A DNA stretch of 64,000 bases from Azolla caroliniana (lineage: Eukaryota; Plantae; Polypodiophyta): contig JBHGNT010000005.1 of the NCBI GenBank assembly GCA_043228905.1, positions 4,650,001-4,714,000 of the forward strand, given 5' to 3'. Positions 38,691 to 52,037 of the stretch are shown here, in pieces. The stretch's first letter is position 1. Each line of letters starts with the position of its first letter. The notes beneath the pieces were generated by a model that had not been told where the DNA came from, searched no databases, and saw only the letters and a list, made by a program, of their open reading frames with translations. Position numbers and translations under genes: made by a program.

Positions 38691-39493
38691 TTTGAAAAGG
38701 GAAAAATACGTGTTCCTTTTCTTTTTACTTTTTTTTACTTCTCTCTCTCTCTCTCTCTCTCTCTCCTCCTCATGAATCTTCTTCTACTACTCACGATCAG
38801 CACGCCACTCATCCGCCATATCTTGGTGGCCACGATTTCTTCCACCATTATGTTGTGTTTCTTGATCCTCCTTCCCACCTAGTCTACAGGTATGGCTATG
38901 GTGATCTTCTTTACAACAATTCTGCCGCCAGGCCATGGATACAATGCTCCATGGCGTTTGCTACATCTCAACCTCCTCAATATAATTCATGGAGAGCGAT
39001 GTGGAGCTCTGGGAAGTAGGTGTAGCTCATGATCGTGGAGAGGATGAGGGAGGAGATCCTTACAGCCAGGGACATGCTCAGAGCCAACATTAATCTCAAG
39101 GACAACATGATGATGAGCAAGAAGAACATAAGCTTGATCCACCATGTCAAATAGAATCGGATGCTAGAACCAGATGAATCATAGTCATGGTGATCCTCAA
39201 AATAAGATGAATCATAATCATGGACCATGGTGATCCTTAGAAATAAAAATAGAGTCAGTCATCACGATGATGGCGGTGATCAAAATAATAGGAAGAATCT
39301 GAGGGGGACGAAGAGAAGGAAGGTGAATGGTCCTGGTAATACTGCCATAGAAGTTGAAGCTTTAGTTGATAGCTCATAACACCTGCCACTCTCTTGCTCT
39401 CTGTCCTTCTTTCTCTCTCTTTCTAATGTTTAGTACTTTAATAATTTCTAAAGTATTGAAACTTGATGACATGTGATTCAATCAATACCATTC

Positions 39494-40690
39494 TTATCTA
39501 TCCAATCCAACATTGAGATGATTTACCATACACGTATGATTAAATCATTCTTGAATGCAAATGCACGTATGATACGTATGGTTCATTCTATGGATGGAAT
39601 AGATGATGCTTCACAATTAATGATGTTGAATTTCAGAAAACAATGGTGTACTACACCGATGGCTGCAGAAACTGGAGTGGATATACGTTGGTTGTACGTA
39701 GTACCTAGATGGTTGTTCCCCCCTCCCATTAGATGAAAGAGGGGCGTGAATGACATGTAACAATCGGTTTGAGAGGGTCCAAACCGAACTGTTTAAAAAT
39801 TTTGAAACTTGAACCGAATTGAATCGAACCACGAAACTGTTAAACCAAACCGACAAACATTTTTCAAACCGTTAAACCATTAAATCGTAAAAACCACGGT
39901 TTTGTGGTTCGGTTTTGGTTTTAAACATATGTCAAATTTTAATTTTAAAATTTTAAAATTTTATAAATTTATAATATTTCATTATTTTTAAAATTTTAAA
40001 ATTTAAAGATGTTCCTAAAATGTGAGAATAAGGTCTAAAAAGGAAAATATTATTTAAAAACAATTTTAAAATTTTGTTTACAAAAAAAAAAAAAAAAAAA
40101 CCGTTTAACCGTTTAAAACCGCGGTTTCTGACCGTTGAAACCGAACCGAACCGTTTACAAAAACTGAAACCTGAACCAACCGAACCGAATCGAACCGTTG
40201 AAACCGTAGTTTCGCGGTTTGGTTCGGTTCAAACCAAACCATTGCCGATTGTTAATGACATGAGAAACCTAGAGAACAAACATGTGGGCTATTGAGTGTA
40301 AGATAAATAAGTGATGTAGCCCATATGGAAGTAGGTAATGACTACTTGTTAAAGGGACTAAAGTTGTGTATTGAATGTCATTTTAACTAATGGAGTATAT
40401 TCTTATTTGGTAATAAATAAAATAAAATAAAATAAACACAACTCCACAAACAATGCTTAGTTGTCTCCACAAGATGCTTACAAAAACGACACATTTTGTC
40501 TGCATTCACCCCCTTTTCTCCATTCTTAACTAGTATAGCTTTATGGATCAATAACCATCTAAAACAAGCAATTGTCCTACTCATTTGTATGCCCTACAAC
40601 CATAGAATGAACCATACGTGCATTCGCATTCAAGAATGATTCAATCAAACGTGTATGGAAAATCATCGCAAAGTTGGATTGGATTTATAA
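39494..40690. mobile_element. Composite element: ~95-bp inverted repeats enclosing L1 fragments and a nested MITE
   Basis: 39494-39592 is the reverse complement of 40600-40690 (atccaatccaac..aatcattcttgaatgc..atggttcattctatgg). Inside are a plus-strand L1 ORF2 end (FRKQWCTTPM..PRWLFPPP) and a minus-strand zf-RVT (CRFCKHLVETTKHCLWSC). Confidence 0.6.
39758..40254. mobile_element. Non-autonomous hAT MITE (497 bp)
   Basis: TIRs TAACAATCGG / CCGATTGTTA, a perfect 8-bp TSD ATGACATG (39750-39757 and 40255-40262), subterminal AACCG/CGGTT arrays and an AT-rich core. Confidence 0.92.
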
Positions 40691-42739
40691 ATTGGAAAAA
40701 AAATAAAGATTGAAACTAAATATTAGGAAGCACGAACATAAAAATCAAATAATTGAAAGACATAATTGTATTCAAAAACGCGTTTATGCAAGCATACAAA
40801 CGTTTGATAAAGGGAAAGTAAGCAATGTAAAATACCTTGCCCCTGAACTACGAGTAGCACTTGCTCTGTCATGGATAGACAATCTGATCCGATTTGCTGA
40901 ATATACATACCTCTGAAAGTAGAAGCAAAAGCGAAAGTGAGAGTGAAAGTGGAAGTATGGCCAGTTCCATGACCTTTCAGGACTCCTACTACTGGGGATC
41001 GGATCGCCCTTAGTTATCATTTTGGAAATTTACAACTCATTTGTTCTTTTGGATGGTATTCCGATAAGTTGGTAGGAGAGAGAGGGTGGGTTAGTGCATT
41101 GGAACCCACCGCCGCAATAGCCGGGGGTTCCTGGATGAAGACTTCAGAGGAGTCAGAAAGGTAGTTAAATTGTGCGAATAATCCCCTGAAAGATTTTGGA
41201 CCTTAAAAGTCGAAGCAGGCCGCCAAAAAAAAAACAAAGATTTGCGTAAGGTTGAAAAACAACCTGTCCACTGCTTTAAGGTGGCAAATGAAGAAAGAGC
41301 TAAACAATGAGAGCTGAGCAAAGCAAGCAGAGAAACAGCATACGACAACGCATCTTTTTTATGCGGAGGGCTAAACCCCCACCAACTGTGCGTTAGCGGG
41401 AAGATGAAGCCCAACCGTGTGTTAACAACGGCGGTATGGTTTTAATCCGAGCTAAAAATCCGCCTTCTGAGCTTGTTTTTGCTTTTTCATTATTAGAAAT
41501 TAGCTCGCCCTAGTGATAAGTTGTTGTGTTACTATTGCCTGTGTCTTAGGTTTGAATCCTAATATTCTCACCTCTCCCTCCCTCTCTCTCTTTTAGTGTC
41601 ATAGTAAAATTTTATGTTTGTGTCATGTTTTCTTCATATTCTCAAATATACATTTTATGAGTTTTTGAATGTTTGATTATAATTTATAATGACATATTTT
41701 GATTCAATCTCTATAGTTAATACTCATTTTTTTGTAAAGTTCTAAAGTGAAGAAATTGATACCTTCACTAGATGCGAGATGGGAAAATAAAAGGAGGAAA
41801 GAATTGATACCTAGCTACTACAAGGTCTCCATATGACAAAACTATCTTCTTCCTTTGCTACGAATACGACATACTCCCTTGGTATAATTGCAATATTTTT
41901 AAAAATAAGTAACATTTGGGGAAGTTTTGACTTTTTTGAAGGATTTTTTTATTTTACCCATTTGTATTGCAATTGGTTGATATGGGTGAGTGCTATCACC
42001 ATACCTATGAGACAGTGGTAGACATGGTTGTTTTATGCGATTGAAGCTTGATTTCGGATGAATGTTGGCGTTGAAATTCAACTATGGACTTATTTTATTC
42101 TATACTAGTGGAAACAAGGAATAAGTTTGCAATACCACAAGGATTTTACAATGACAAGCTAATTGAATGTACCACCTAGCTATGTTAGATCTATTGATAA
42201 ATCTGCCTCCTAAATTTATAGATGGGGATGTATTATTAACATATTCAAGTATATATACATTATGATGCTATTTATTTACCGAAGTCCACAAATACTATGT
42301 GTTCTTTTTTTCTAAACAAAGGGATGACATTGTATCAAAACCCCTCCCTCATGGATGATCATGATTTCTTGGGGCTCAATAAGAAATGCCTTCATAAAAT
42401 CCTTCTAATTGTAAGCATTTCCAATGATCTAATGAGCTTTAATGTGCACCTTTTTTAACATATGTACTTTCTTTTTCTTTTTTCTTTTTTTTTCCAAAAT
42501 GAAGCTACTATCCCATTACTTAGGAAGGATTATTACAAAGAGACTGTACGAGGAGGCTTATACATATATCAGGGAATATCCCTCCGATCAAGTTCAAGAA
42601 AATGAGACTAGTTACATCGCCTTTCGGATTGAATACTTAATGTAAGTACCTATAGCTAAAAACGGTTCCCTTGAGTGATGGCTAGTATGAGACAACTCCT
42701 GGGGTCGACAGCGAAGGGAGGGTGGTAAGTGAGTCGGAA

Positions 42740-43660
42740 ACAGCTAGCGTGGGGGCTGGTGGTTCCACCTCGGGCCACTTCCTCGTGTCACCATAGGCGT
42801 GTTCCGCCATTTCTGCCAAAAGCGCAAACGGGTAGTAACCACGTCATTGGAATGGCTGCAAACCTCGTCCAATTGCCATCGTAGGTAGCTGATAAGCGCA
42901 AACCATATGTCCATGATCACTTCCTCCGGGGGCCACACCAGATCCTGAAAGACCTTTAGGCAACGCGCTTTCCATACATACCACAGGGTGAAGCCTGCGA
43001 TCAACATCCAAATGTCCGGGAACCTAGGGGATGCGGACTGCAAGCCTCTCTCAAATCGAATCTTGGCGATTTCGCCTCTCATGCATACGTAGCACTAACT
43101 ATCCGCATTGAGGCGTCCGTCCACCTATCAACGAAGTGATCAAGCCATGCCGCAACACTCCACGATGTTGTTCCTTCCACTTCACATGCCACAAGGAGGC
43201 GAGTCACTCTATCCCATACCTTTTGAGCTTGAGGGCAATCCCATAGACAATGCCTCAGAGTCTCAATAGGTGAATGGCAAAGTGGACAGCCTAACGGGCC
43301 ACCACATTTACCTAGTCATTCGCCAATGGGAACCATGGTCCACATTATGACCATTTTGCCACTAAAAAAACTTTATCTTTTCTGGCATGTGGAGACGCCA
43401 GAGACCCTTCCAAAAGGTAATGAGCAACTCATCAGGGATGCCCAATGTACGCCAACCATTGCGTAAGGGGTCGTCTAGCTGCAGTTAAAAAGTTCGGCCT
43501 AGTTTAGTGTTGTACTCGAAGAAATGGCGAAATCTGCCATCATGTTTCCAACTGAAATCCCCTGGGTCCCATTCTTGTTCGACAAGGGGACAACAACCAT
43601 ATACCCATAACTTCCAATGGGGTTCCACCTTAGCAACATCCGGGTTTGTCTTCCACATGT
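42740..43660 (-). mobile_element. 5'-truncated L1-type LINE (zf-RVT and ORF2 C-terminus)
   Basis: CPLCHSPIETLRHCLWDCPQAQKVWD (~43210-43290) and WMLIAGFTLWYVWKARC..RFWQKW..PRW (42744-43082). Confidence 0.85.
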
Positions 43661-46600
43661 ACTTAATAGCACATCCATTCCATTACACATCTTATAATAT
43701 AATATATGTACTTAATATTGTTGAAGAAAATGTGGGAATGTAATAATAATTGAATGTTTCATAATGCATGCTTGCATTTAAGTTCTCAATCGATGACTTG
43801 GATTGCTGTGTTGCCAATAAATGAAAGCATTCCCTTTATACATTCATTAAAAATAAATTTGGAAACGAAAGCATAAATGTGATGGAATCAATAGTTGGTT
43901 TGGAAAAGCATTCATGTGTTGCCATCAAGATGATTACAATAACAAATCTCCATCACCTTTTTCTCGAGAAATGGCTTTACAAATGCATCTTTCCTCAAAT
44001 CAAGGGTTGAAAATGATAATATTACTTATGGAAAACATTAAACATACGTGATTAAAAAGTCAGATTACAATTGTTTCACGATTGACGACATGTGGAAAGC
44101 AAAATATTACCCATCATTAGTCTAGATTGTTCCCAAATGTTAAGGACTTGATGCCATCACTGTTATATATCCTTGTCAAGTGGTTATAATACTTGAGTTG
44201 GTTCACAAGGTTCTTAGGTTGAGTCCAATAAGGTTGTGTGGATTATATTAGTATCGTTGCATGCTATTTGAAGGGGCAATATGGTGGTGGTACTATGAGA
44301 ACCACCTTATTGACTTTTGTCATATGATGGATGTACTCACAAGGATTCAAACATAAAGCAATGATCCTAATCAAGAGCCATCATAAGATATACAAGAAGA
44401 GTTTGTCTCAACATTAACTGATTGGCAAAAGTACTTGCAAACTCAATAAATAATAAAAATACAACGCATTAAGAGCTCAAAGATGAGATAACGGTGTCAA
44501 TCAAGGGGCTAAAGTACTCGAACACTTTAATACATACTTCAAATGTCACCACCAATAATTCTTTGAAACATTCAAGTCATGTTTTTTATTAGCATGAGTG
44601 ACAAGATTATATTACAAAATAAGTGATACATATTGATGTGAGAATGGACAAACATGTTTTTTAACTAAGAAAGCATGTGCCCTTTGCGGACACAAACATC
44701 TCAACTTTCAAGCAATGGGTTTGTCTCGATCTACTATAAACTACTTCTTAACTTTGGTTTGGAGTTATACACATTAATATTTAGCTTTGTCCACAATATG
44801 AAGAGGATTTTTATTTACAAACTCTTCATCGTGCTAATTTAGGATTAGAGTCTAGACACATACCATTTTTAACTGTGCTACTAGTTTTAGCTTGAGTTGC
44901 TTGCAAAAATAAAAACTAATGTTGACAACAACACTAGAGAGGGATCATTCTAAGAAATCTTCATAGTCATTGATTGAGTTCACGAACAATTCGATTTTAT
45001 AACAAATGGAATGAGTTTGTTTTTGGAAAAAAAAACAATTCGATTCTAAAAAGTGGCTTTATAATATTGACATAGAACATTTTTGCATGATACAAGGATA
45101 ACATTACTCTTTAAAGCCATTGGCAAAAGTCAATAAGGCTTTGTTTTGCTATTTTTACTATATTTGGCAATTTCAAGCGTAGACGGTGCTTTATATGTAT
45201 ATATTTTTATAAGAATGCCACACCATTGAATTATTTGGAATTCCTCTCAACATGTACCGTGTACGGCAATATTTTAGAAGTGTTGCCTTATTTTAAGTTG
45301 ATTTTCAAACACTTTTATTAGATCGACGCTATGGAAAGAACACTATCGTTCACATAGAATGATATCTAGTGAATCATTTACATGGTGTAAAAATGTCATA
45401 TTTCCAATTTTATTTAAACCTAGCTATGTATTTTTTTTTATTTTCCCAAAAAACCTCCTTCCATTAGTTATAAAATTTTATAGATGAGAATGTTATATAC
45501 AAATCCCAGTAGTATTATTTATGTACATGTAACTATTGTGAAAATATATTTTTCTTGCGAGAATTTCAAACATATACAATATCTTGTTAATTACTCTAAC
45601 ATTTGTTTCATTAAGCTAATAATAAATATACAATCTAGATGATGAACCTGTGCTTGAGCCAAAAAATAGAGGAGCCATTTGCAAATCAAAAGATTCGCAA
45701 CCTTCACGGCATGTGCTTAAATTATCTAGAAAGCTAGGATATACTTCACATGTTTGCATTATATAGAATTTGTTTGATCCCAACGCCTTGCCCCTGGACC
45801 CAAAAAACAACCTTTTAACACCAAGGTTTACAACCAACACACTTACACCTTTTGTCTTGTTTAACAAATTCCATTGAATCTCCAATAATGGGTCATGTGA
45901 TTATTCACTAATTAACAATCAACAATGTCTAATGCAATTCATCATTCTTGGAAATGTAATGCATTTGGACTTGTATAGGGTTCCAAAATCACTAACATGA
46001 TATACCATGCCTTTGTCTAATGTTAGAACTCACATTATTAGGGCATCCCATAATTGGTAAAGCATATCATTAACCTCAATCATGGTAAGATAGGAAGTTA
46101 CAAATACTATAGTCTATTTATTTATTCTTAATTGATTTTCGAGAACATGTCTATTCGCGTTTTCAAAGAAAACTGGGATATCATATAAACTATATATTAA
46201 TAAGATCAAAGTTGTGTGACTTAATAAAGGAGTCCTCTGCTACATACCGAAACAATCTTAGAATGTACCCTTGTTGATGTGTTTTTCTCATACATAATCT
46301 AGAGACTACTTCTACCGTCTAAATGAGCTTATGAATCCATGTTTTTGGTTTATCCTTGTGCTTCATGCTTCATGCTTCCCTTTAAATTTGTACATGCTTC
46401 TGGTTTATCCTTTTGCCTTTAAATTTGTGGCTTCATGCTTCCCTTTTTCATTCGTACATACATTGTCTCTGTCTACCTTCCCACATACACACCACATGAC
46501 CCTTTCGAGATTTCTACTATCTAGTCAAGAACTACTTCCTAAGAATATATTACTTGGAATTACGCAACTTTGTGTGGAACCCTAGTTCCTTCCAACACAA

Positions 46601-46699
46601 CATGCATCACCAACTTATTTTGGGGGCTTCAAGATGAGCTTGTAAGGATAAGGCTAGATGATTGGTTGATCAATATATGACTAATGAACCCCTAACATT

Positions 46700-49260
46700 T
46701 TCACTTGTACGAATTTCCCCTCCTCTTCACTAGATTATAATATTTTTACTTGTCTATAATAGCTTGAAAGAACCTCAGTTTACTATATCAAGCTTTGTAT
46801 AATGGCAAGGTGAGGGGATGATTTGTAACCAATGATCCATTGGCATTTCAACTTGTATAGTTCGACCCGCCTCCTCGCTTGGTTTTTACTTAGAGATAGT
46901 AGTTGAGCATAACCTAGACTTACTCCTACACCATGTGTTATATCATAATAAGTCACAAACTTCCTTAACAAATACATCAAACCTCTTGATTCTCACATTC
47001 AAACTATCATGCGTACACTCACACTTCTCTAGGTCTTGTGGCTAAAGTCATTTGATTCAAGCATCCATGCTTCCATTAGTACACCACCCTAGTTAGGGCC
47101 TCACCCACAACCTACATCAAGGCCCTACCAAGCACGAGATCATCAATATTTGGGTATGGGTTACAACTTATCATCCTACCCTTATCCTATTAATGAGACT
47201 TCAAATGTATGGTCAATATATGGTTCATCTCGATATATGATTTTTTCTAGAAAGATCCAAAGTGATTAATTGTTTTCAACACTTGGCGAAGTTAGGTAGA
47301 CATATTATTCTCAATAAGAATCGTAAGCATTATTCTTGGGAGGTTTATTGGAATGTTCAAGGGAATTTTTTATCATTTCTTGAGGAATCTTTGGAGTCAG
47401 ATTTGGACTAAACTAATAGCTTAAAGAATTACAACTTTATAATGGTTGTTGGTTTGATGTAGAGTTCTAGTTGGAATGCAGTGACTTCATGCTAAGGTAG
47501 GTTGTTCGGTTTGCCAATCATAGGAATTGATTCATCATTGCTTTTGGGAGCGTACATCGATGAAAAAGTTATGAAGTAGGAGTTTGAGAATTGTATAAGG
47601 AGTTATGGAATAGATTGGTTCCAATAATTGCATGGCTTTTATGGATAGGATGGGGTGTACATATGTTTCAATGTCAAATAATACCGGTTGAAGAAATCAT
47701 CAAAATTGGTATGGTCATTAAAAGCCAAATATGATAGTATTGCTACACATATGGATTCTAGATTGTTATTACAAATTTCTTTTCAGAAGCTTTGAAGTTG
47801 TATTCCAGTTTTTCGATGAGTAGATTGTAAGATGATCTAGCAGTTCCCCCCCCTTCGTTGGTTGTTCTCCGTTGTAAGTTTGGATGTATATAGATTCATC
47901 TCCTTAGCCTCTTTAGGGAAGGATCTATGGTTGCCCATTGAATTTTACAAGAGGGGTTTAGGAAGTATCTTGGCTTTCTTTCCACATACTTTGTATGTTG
48001 TAGCAAATTTGGTTTTCTTATCTAATGGAAGGATATTCTTTTTTGAAAAATATAAATGTATGTGGTTCATCTCACCTTAGTCTAGCTAAAGCATAATCCA
48101 CTATCCATGCTCAGTGGTTATGGCACACATAACTGGTATACAAGCAACATTAACAAGTTCTTCAAGGTTGACCTCGGTGTTACTCGCCTTGAGTTGACAC
48201 ACATGTATACATGTGCATACGTCTAATTGTCTTCGCCACCTAATACTTTGTCCTTCGTTGAATTATTTTCATTGTTTTTTGCAACCAATTCCAAGCCACA
48301 AACATGATCACAATAGCGTAGATAAATTTGTGCCTTGCAATTGAAGTAAAAGATACACAAAATCCAGTTGCTTCCACCATATGCATACCCTTTAGATAGA
48401 TAGAAGCCTTGACTTGTATTTATCCATAGATCCATCAAACTTGTACTTAGTTTTCCAAACCCACTTTGTGCCTTGACTTTCAAAGGGGGTTTTTCATCTA
48501 GGCACAAAGTTAACATAAATAAAGTCAACATATCTTGAAAGTTGATCTAGGGGTGATGGAATTTATTTGGTCTCACCTTGCCCTCTACATGATCAACATC
48601 TCTAGACCCCCACTCTTGCTCTTATTCCACCTTATGGCCATTTGTAATGTAATTTTCTTAGGATGTCTCAAATCTCCAACTCGAGGTATCTGAACCTTTA
48701 TTCAAATTTGTATCTTGTCACTTTCGTTCCTACTAAGTGTCCCTTGGTTTTCTTGGTGTCTAGTTTTGTCTTACATTTATCAAACACATGCACCCAAGGT
48801 GTACAACCAAGCGTTCAAAGATGAATGGTTTGAGGTATCTTCCTTGAGCATGCTTCTAATGGAGTCAACCAATCCAAAATACTCATGTATCCAAACTTGA
48901 GTGAGTCTATCATCTTCATCCAAACGACTCCAACATTGTGGACTTCGTGAACGTCATAGTTGGCAGTTGTTCATGTTGAACGTTCCCTTTTTTACATGAC
49001 ATTATTGGTGCTCATGGCCTCTAGTATTGAAGCTCAAATATCTGATATCATGTTTGGTTATAAAGGTAACAAAAGTAGCAATATCACAATAGAGTAGACC
49101 ATGAATGAAAGAAGAATTGTATATTGATATTAAGCACAAGAAGAAGAACAAGATTGGTACAACACGAGCGATAACTCACATGTTACCAAATAAAAAAAAA
49201 TTGGTCTAACTAAGAAAGTGAAGTGTGTGACTAACCATAGAATACATTCTTCTAATATTT
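46700..49260 (-). mobile_element. Possible decayed LTR-retrotransposon remnant
   Basis: Minus-strand ACA-TGATATCAGA at ~49040-49053 resembles an LTR end plus tRNA-Met PBS (TGGTATCAGA). A purine tract GAAGAGGAGGGGAA lies at ~46715-46728. No intact pol motifs seen. Confidence 0.3.
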
Positions 49261-51410
49261 CCTTTATAGGATATGTTATTTTCTCCAACAACTAGCCCAT
49301 CGACTATATTCAATGTGACTTTGTCATTGCTTGAATGTGCGAGTGTTGTTAACACTTGCACATACCTAACATAAATGAGATATCTTAGTTCAATTGAGCT
49401 CTCATGTTTTGTCTTTCATTATCCTTGGTTTTGGCTTGGAGAAGCAAAACAATGAGATACTCTACTTGGGATTCTTGTTTAGTCGAAATGCCCTTTATAA
49501 GATGGTTTATTCACTTGTTTTTAAACAATCATTAAGGGCAGACATTAAGGAATCATTACAAGTTCACTTTTAGATCTAGATTAATCACACTAACACATAT
49601 TACATGTTGAGAGTTAGGGGGAAATAGCTCTAGAGTGTGTTCTCAAAACTCATCTTCGATTGTTCAAGGAAGAGAGTGGTTTCTAGCACACAACACACAA
49701 AGTGCAAAATATTGTTAGTTGATTCGTCGAGTAGGTATCTACAGGATAGCCCCTCATTAACTTATAGACATGTTGATGGGATCTTAAACACTCTTTGTGG
49801 GGACATTAAGTTTGGAACACGACCTTTTATAGTCATGTGCACATTCTCATATGCCTAAAAATTTGATATGCCACATGCTAAGGAGACCTTATAACACCCC
49901 TTATTGGGATGTTAAGCATGGGACTCAACATTTCATAGTCATGTGCAATTTTATGCATTTCTAGTTCCTTAGGCATTGCCTTGTGAAAATCTTTCCATCT
50001 AGAAGCATCAAAAGTTTTTTTCGTGCACGACTTTGCATACACATGTACTTGGGATTTGATTTTCAATGAATTTCAATTTCTCATTATACAATAAAATGGT
50101 TTCTATTATTGTAAATGTTAATCAAATGCAAAATTCCTAGTTTAAAATTTCCCATTACAATTAATCTTAGAAGAAGACAATTCATCGAGGAAATGTTTGT
50201 TATGTGTCATTTTTCAGCCATTGCCAATGTTAAGAAAGTGTGACAAAATACTATTCCTAAGTGGAAATTTCCTATCAATTGTCCTGCCTAGTCAACACAC
50301 CGTGCAATGAAAAACTCTATTGGAAAGGTTATCACTTAAATGGAATAAAAAACATTATTGTTAGTAGGAGTTAGTAGATCATGGTTTATCAACAATAAGA
50401 TCTATTATGTAAACCATGTTTAATGTGTTTTATTATATCATGCACACACACATCCATGTCTTTATGCATATCTATTAATATAGAACCAATAAAGGACAGA
50501 GAGAAGAATTCTAGAGAGATGTGACACTAATTGAAAATAGTTTATGTTTCTCTCTTTTTTCTATACTTTCAGAAGCACGTTTGACGATAACGTGGATTGG
50601 AGTGTTAATGAAGATCTAACAATGAACATCAATTTTCAAGATAAAGGTATGATGTTAGAAAAGAAACTTGATTATTAAAGCTCTACGTTTCGTACTTCAA
50701 CTTTTGAAAATTTTGATTGAAGAACTTCAAGTGGTTGTATATTCATATGTAGCCCAAGATTTAAATGAGGAGTAGGCTAAATAATAGGCCTATAATCTCT
50801 GCCATTAATGGATATGCACATGCATGGGACAATGAAAATATAAAGAGGGTTGTGTGATTGTCACGTTTTATTAGAATCTTTTAAAAATGTCTACTTCAAT
50901 TGACAATCACATTCTCTAAAGTTGGCAGTTTTGAAGCTTAATGGTCGTGCCTATCTTCAATAATATTAGGGCGTAAACACTTTTATATTTTCTTTGTCTC
51001 ATGGATGTATGTATCCATTATGGACGCTAGATGGAGGCTATATCCTTATCACTTGGCCTTCTCATCGTTTAAGTTTTGGGATGCATTGAGAAAAGAGAGT
51101 CGGCACACAAGGTGACCGATGTTTGTGATGTCGAAAGGTAGATATCAGAATATTGTCGAGCATTGAACATAGCGTTTGCATTCATTAGGTGTTTGTGGGT
51201 TGAAGGGGTTGTGTTTTTCTACAGTAATTGTTTGGGGGGGGGGATTCAAAACTTTTCATCTAATGGAGTTCGAAGAGGACTAGGTAGCGCAAACGAATAG
51301 ACCCGCAAAACTCATCCTTGGAGTTCGGAAACTAAGAATAAGAATCATCATCACATTCTACACCTTGTGCAATTTTGTTAACTTGGACAAGCTAAGCCCC
51401 ACGTCTTAGG

Positions 51411-51441
51411 CACATACAATACATACATACATACATACATA

Positions 51442-51472
<31 letters not shown>

Positions 51473-51632
51473 ATATATATATATTAGGATCATTTACGGT
51501 GGTGGTGATGGTGGTGTTGGGAACCGAAAATAGGAGAGATTAAATATAGGAGAGATGGTTAGCATTGGATTATGTATGTATGTATGTATGTATGTGTATG
51601 ACATGTGTGTGTGTGTGTGTGTGTGTATATAT
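51411..51632. repeat. Compound microsatellites (CATA)n/(TA)n/(TAGA)n and (TATG)n/(TG)n upstream of the carbonic anhydrase gene
   Basis: Directly visible simple repeats. Confidence 0.9.
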
Positions 51633-52037
51633 AGGGATTTTGAAAATTTGAACCAACCCCTCGTGGGTTGTAAAGGAAACCGATCCCCAAAAAATAAATG
51701 CAAAAATAAATAATGAGAGAAGAAGTCAATAAAGAGTATAATCTGTCCCCTTTCCCCCACGAGAGGAAAATGTCCTCTCCTGCCCAATGAAAGTGTCCAC
51801 CCCAAACAAAAAAAAACACACGCTTTCTCTATTTCCCTACATGAAATGTATGGTATATTAACACCCATCCATCTTAGTGGCTCTTACCTCTCTCTATTGA
51901 TACCAACCAACTCAAAAGTGCCTCCTTTCTATCATCAATTCCATTCTATTTATATCCCATCTATTTCTTCAGCTTGTTATATCTTCTTCTTCTTCTTCTT
52001 CTTCAGTTGGGCGTTATAGTTCATATTCATATCCATC

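Noticed and set aside
43700-51400. Short ORFs across the AT-rich intergenic block
   Set aside because: No recognisable domains or consistent exon chains; probably decayed transposon sequence.
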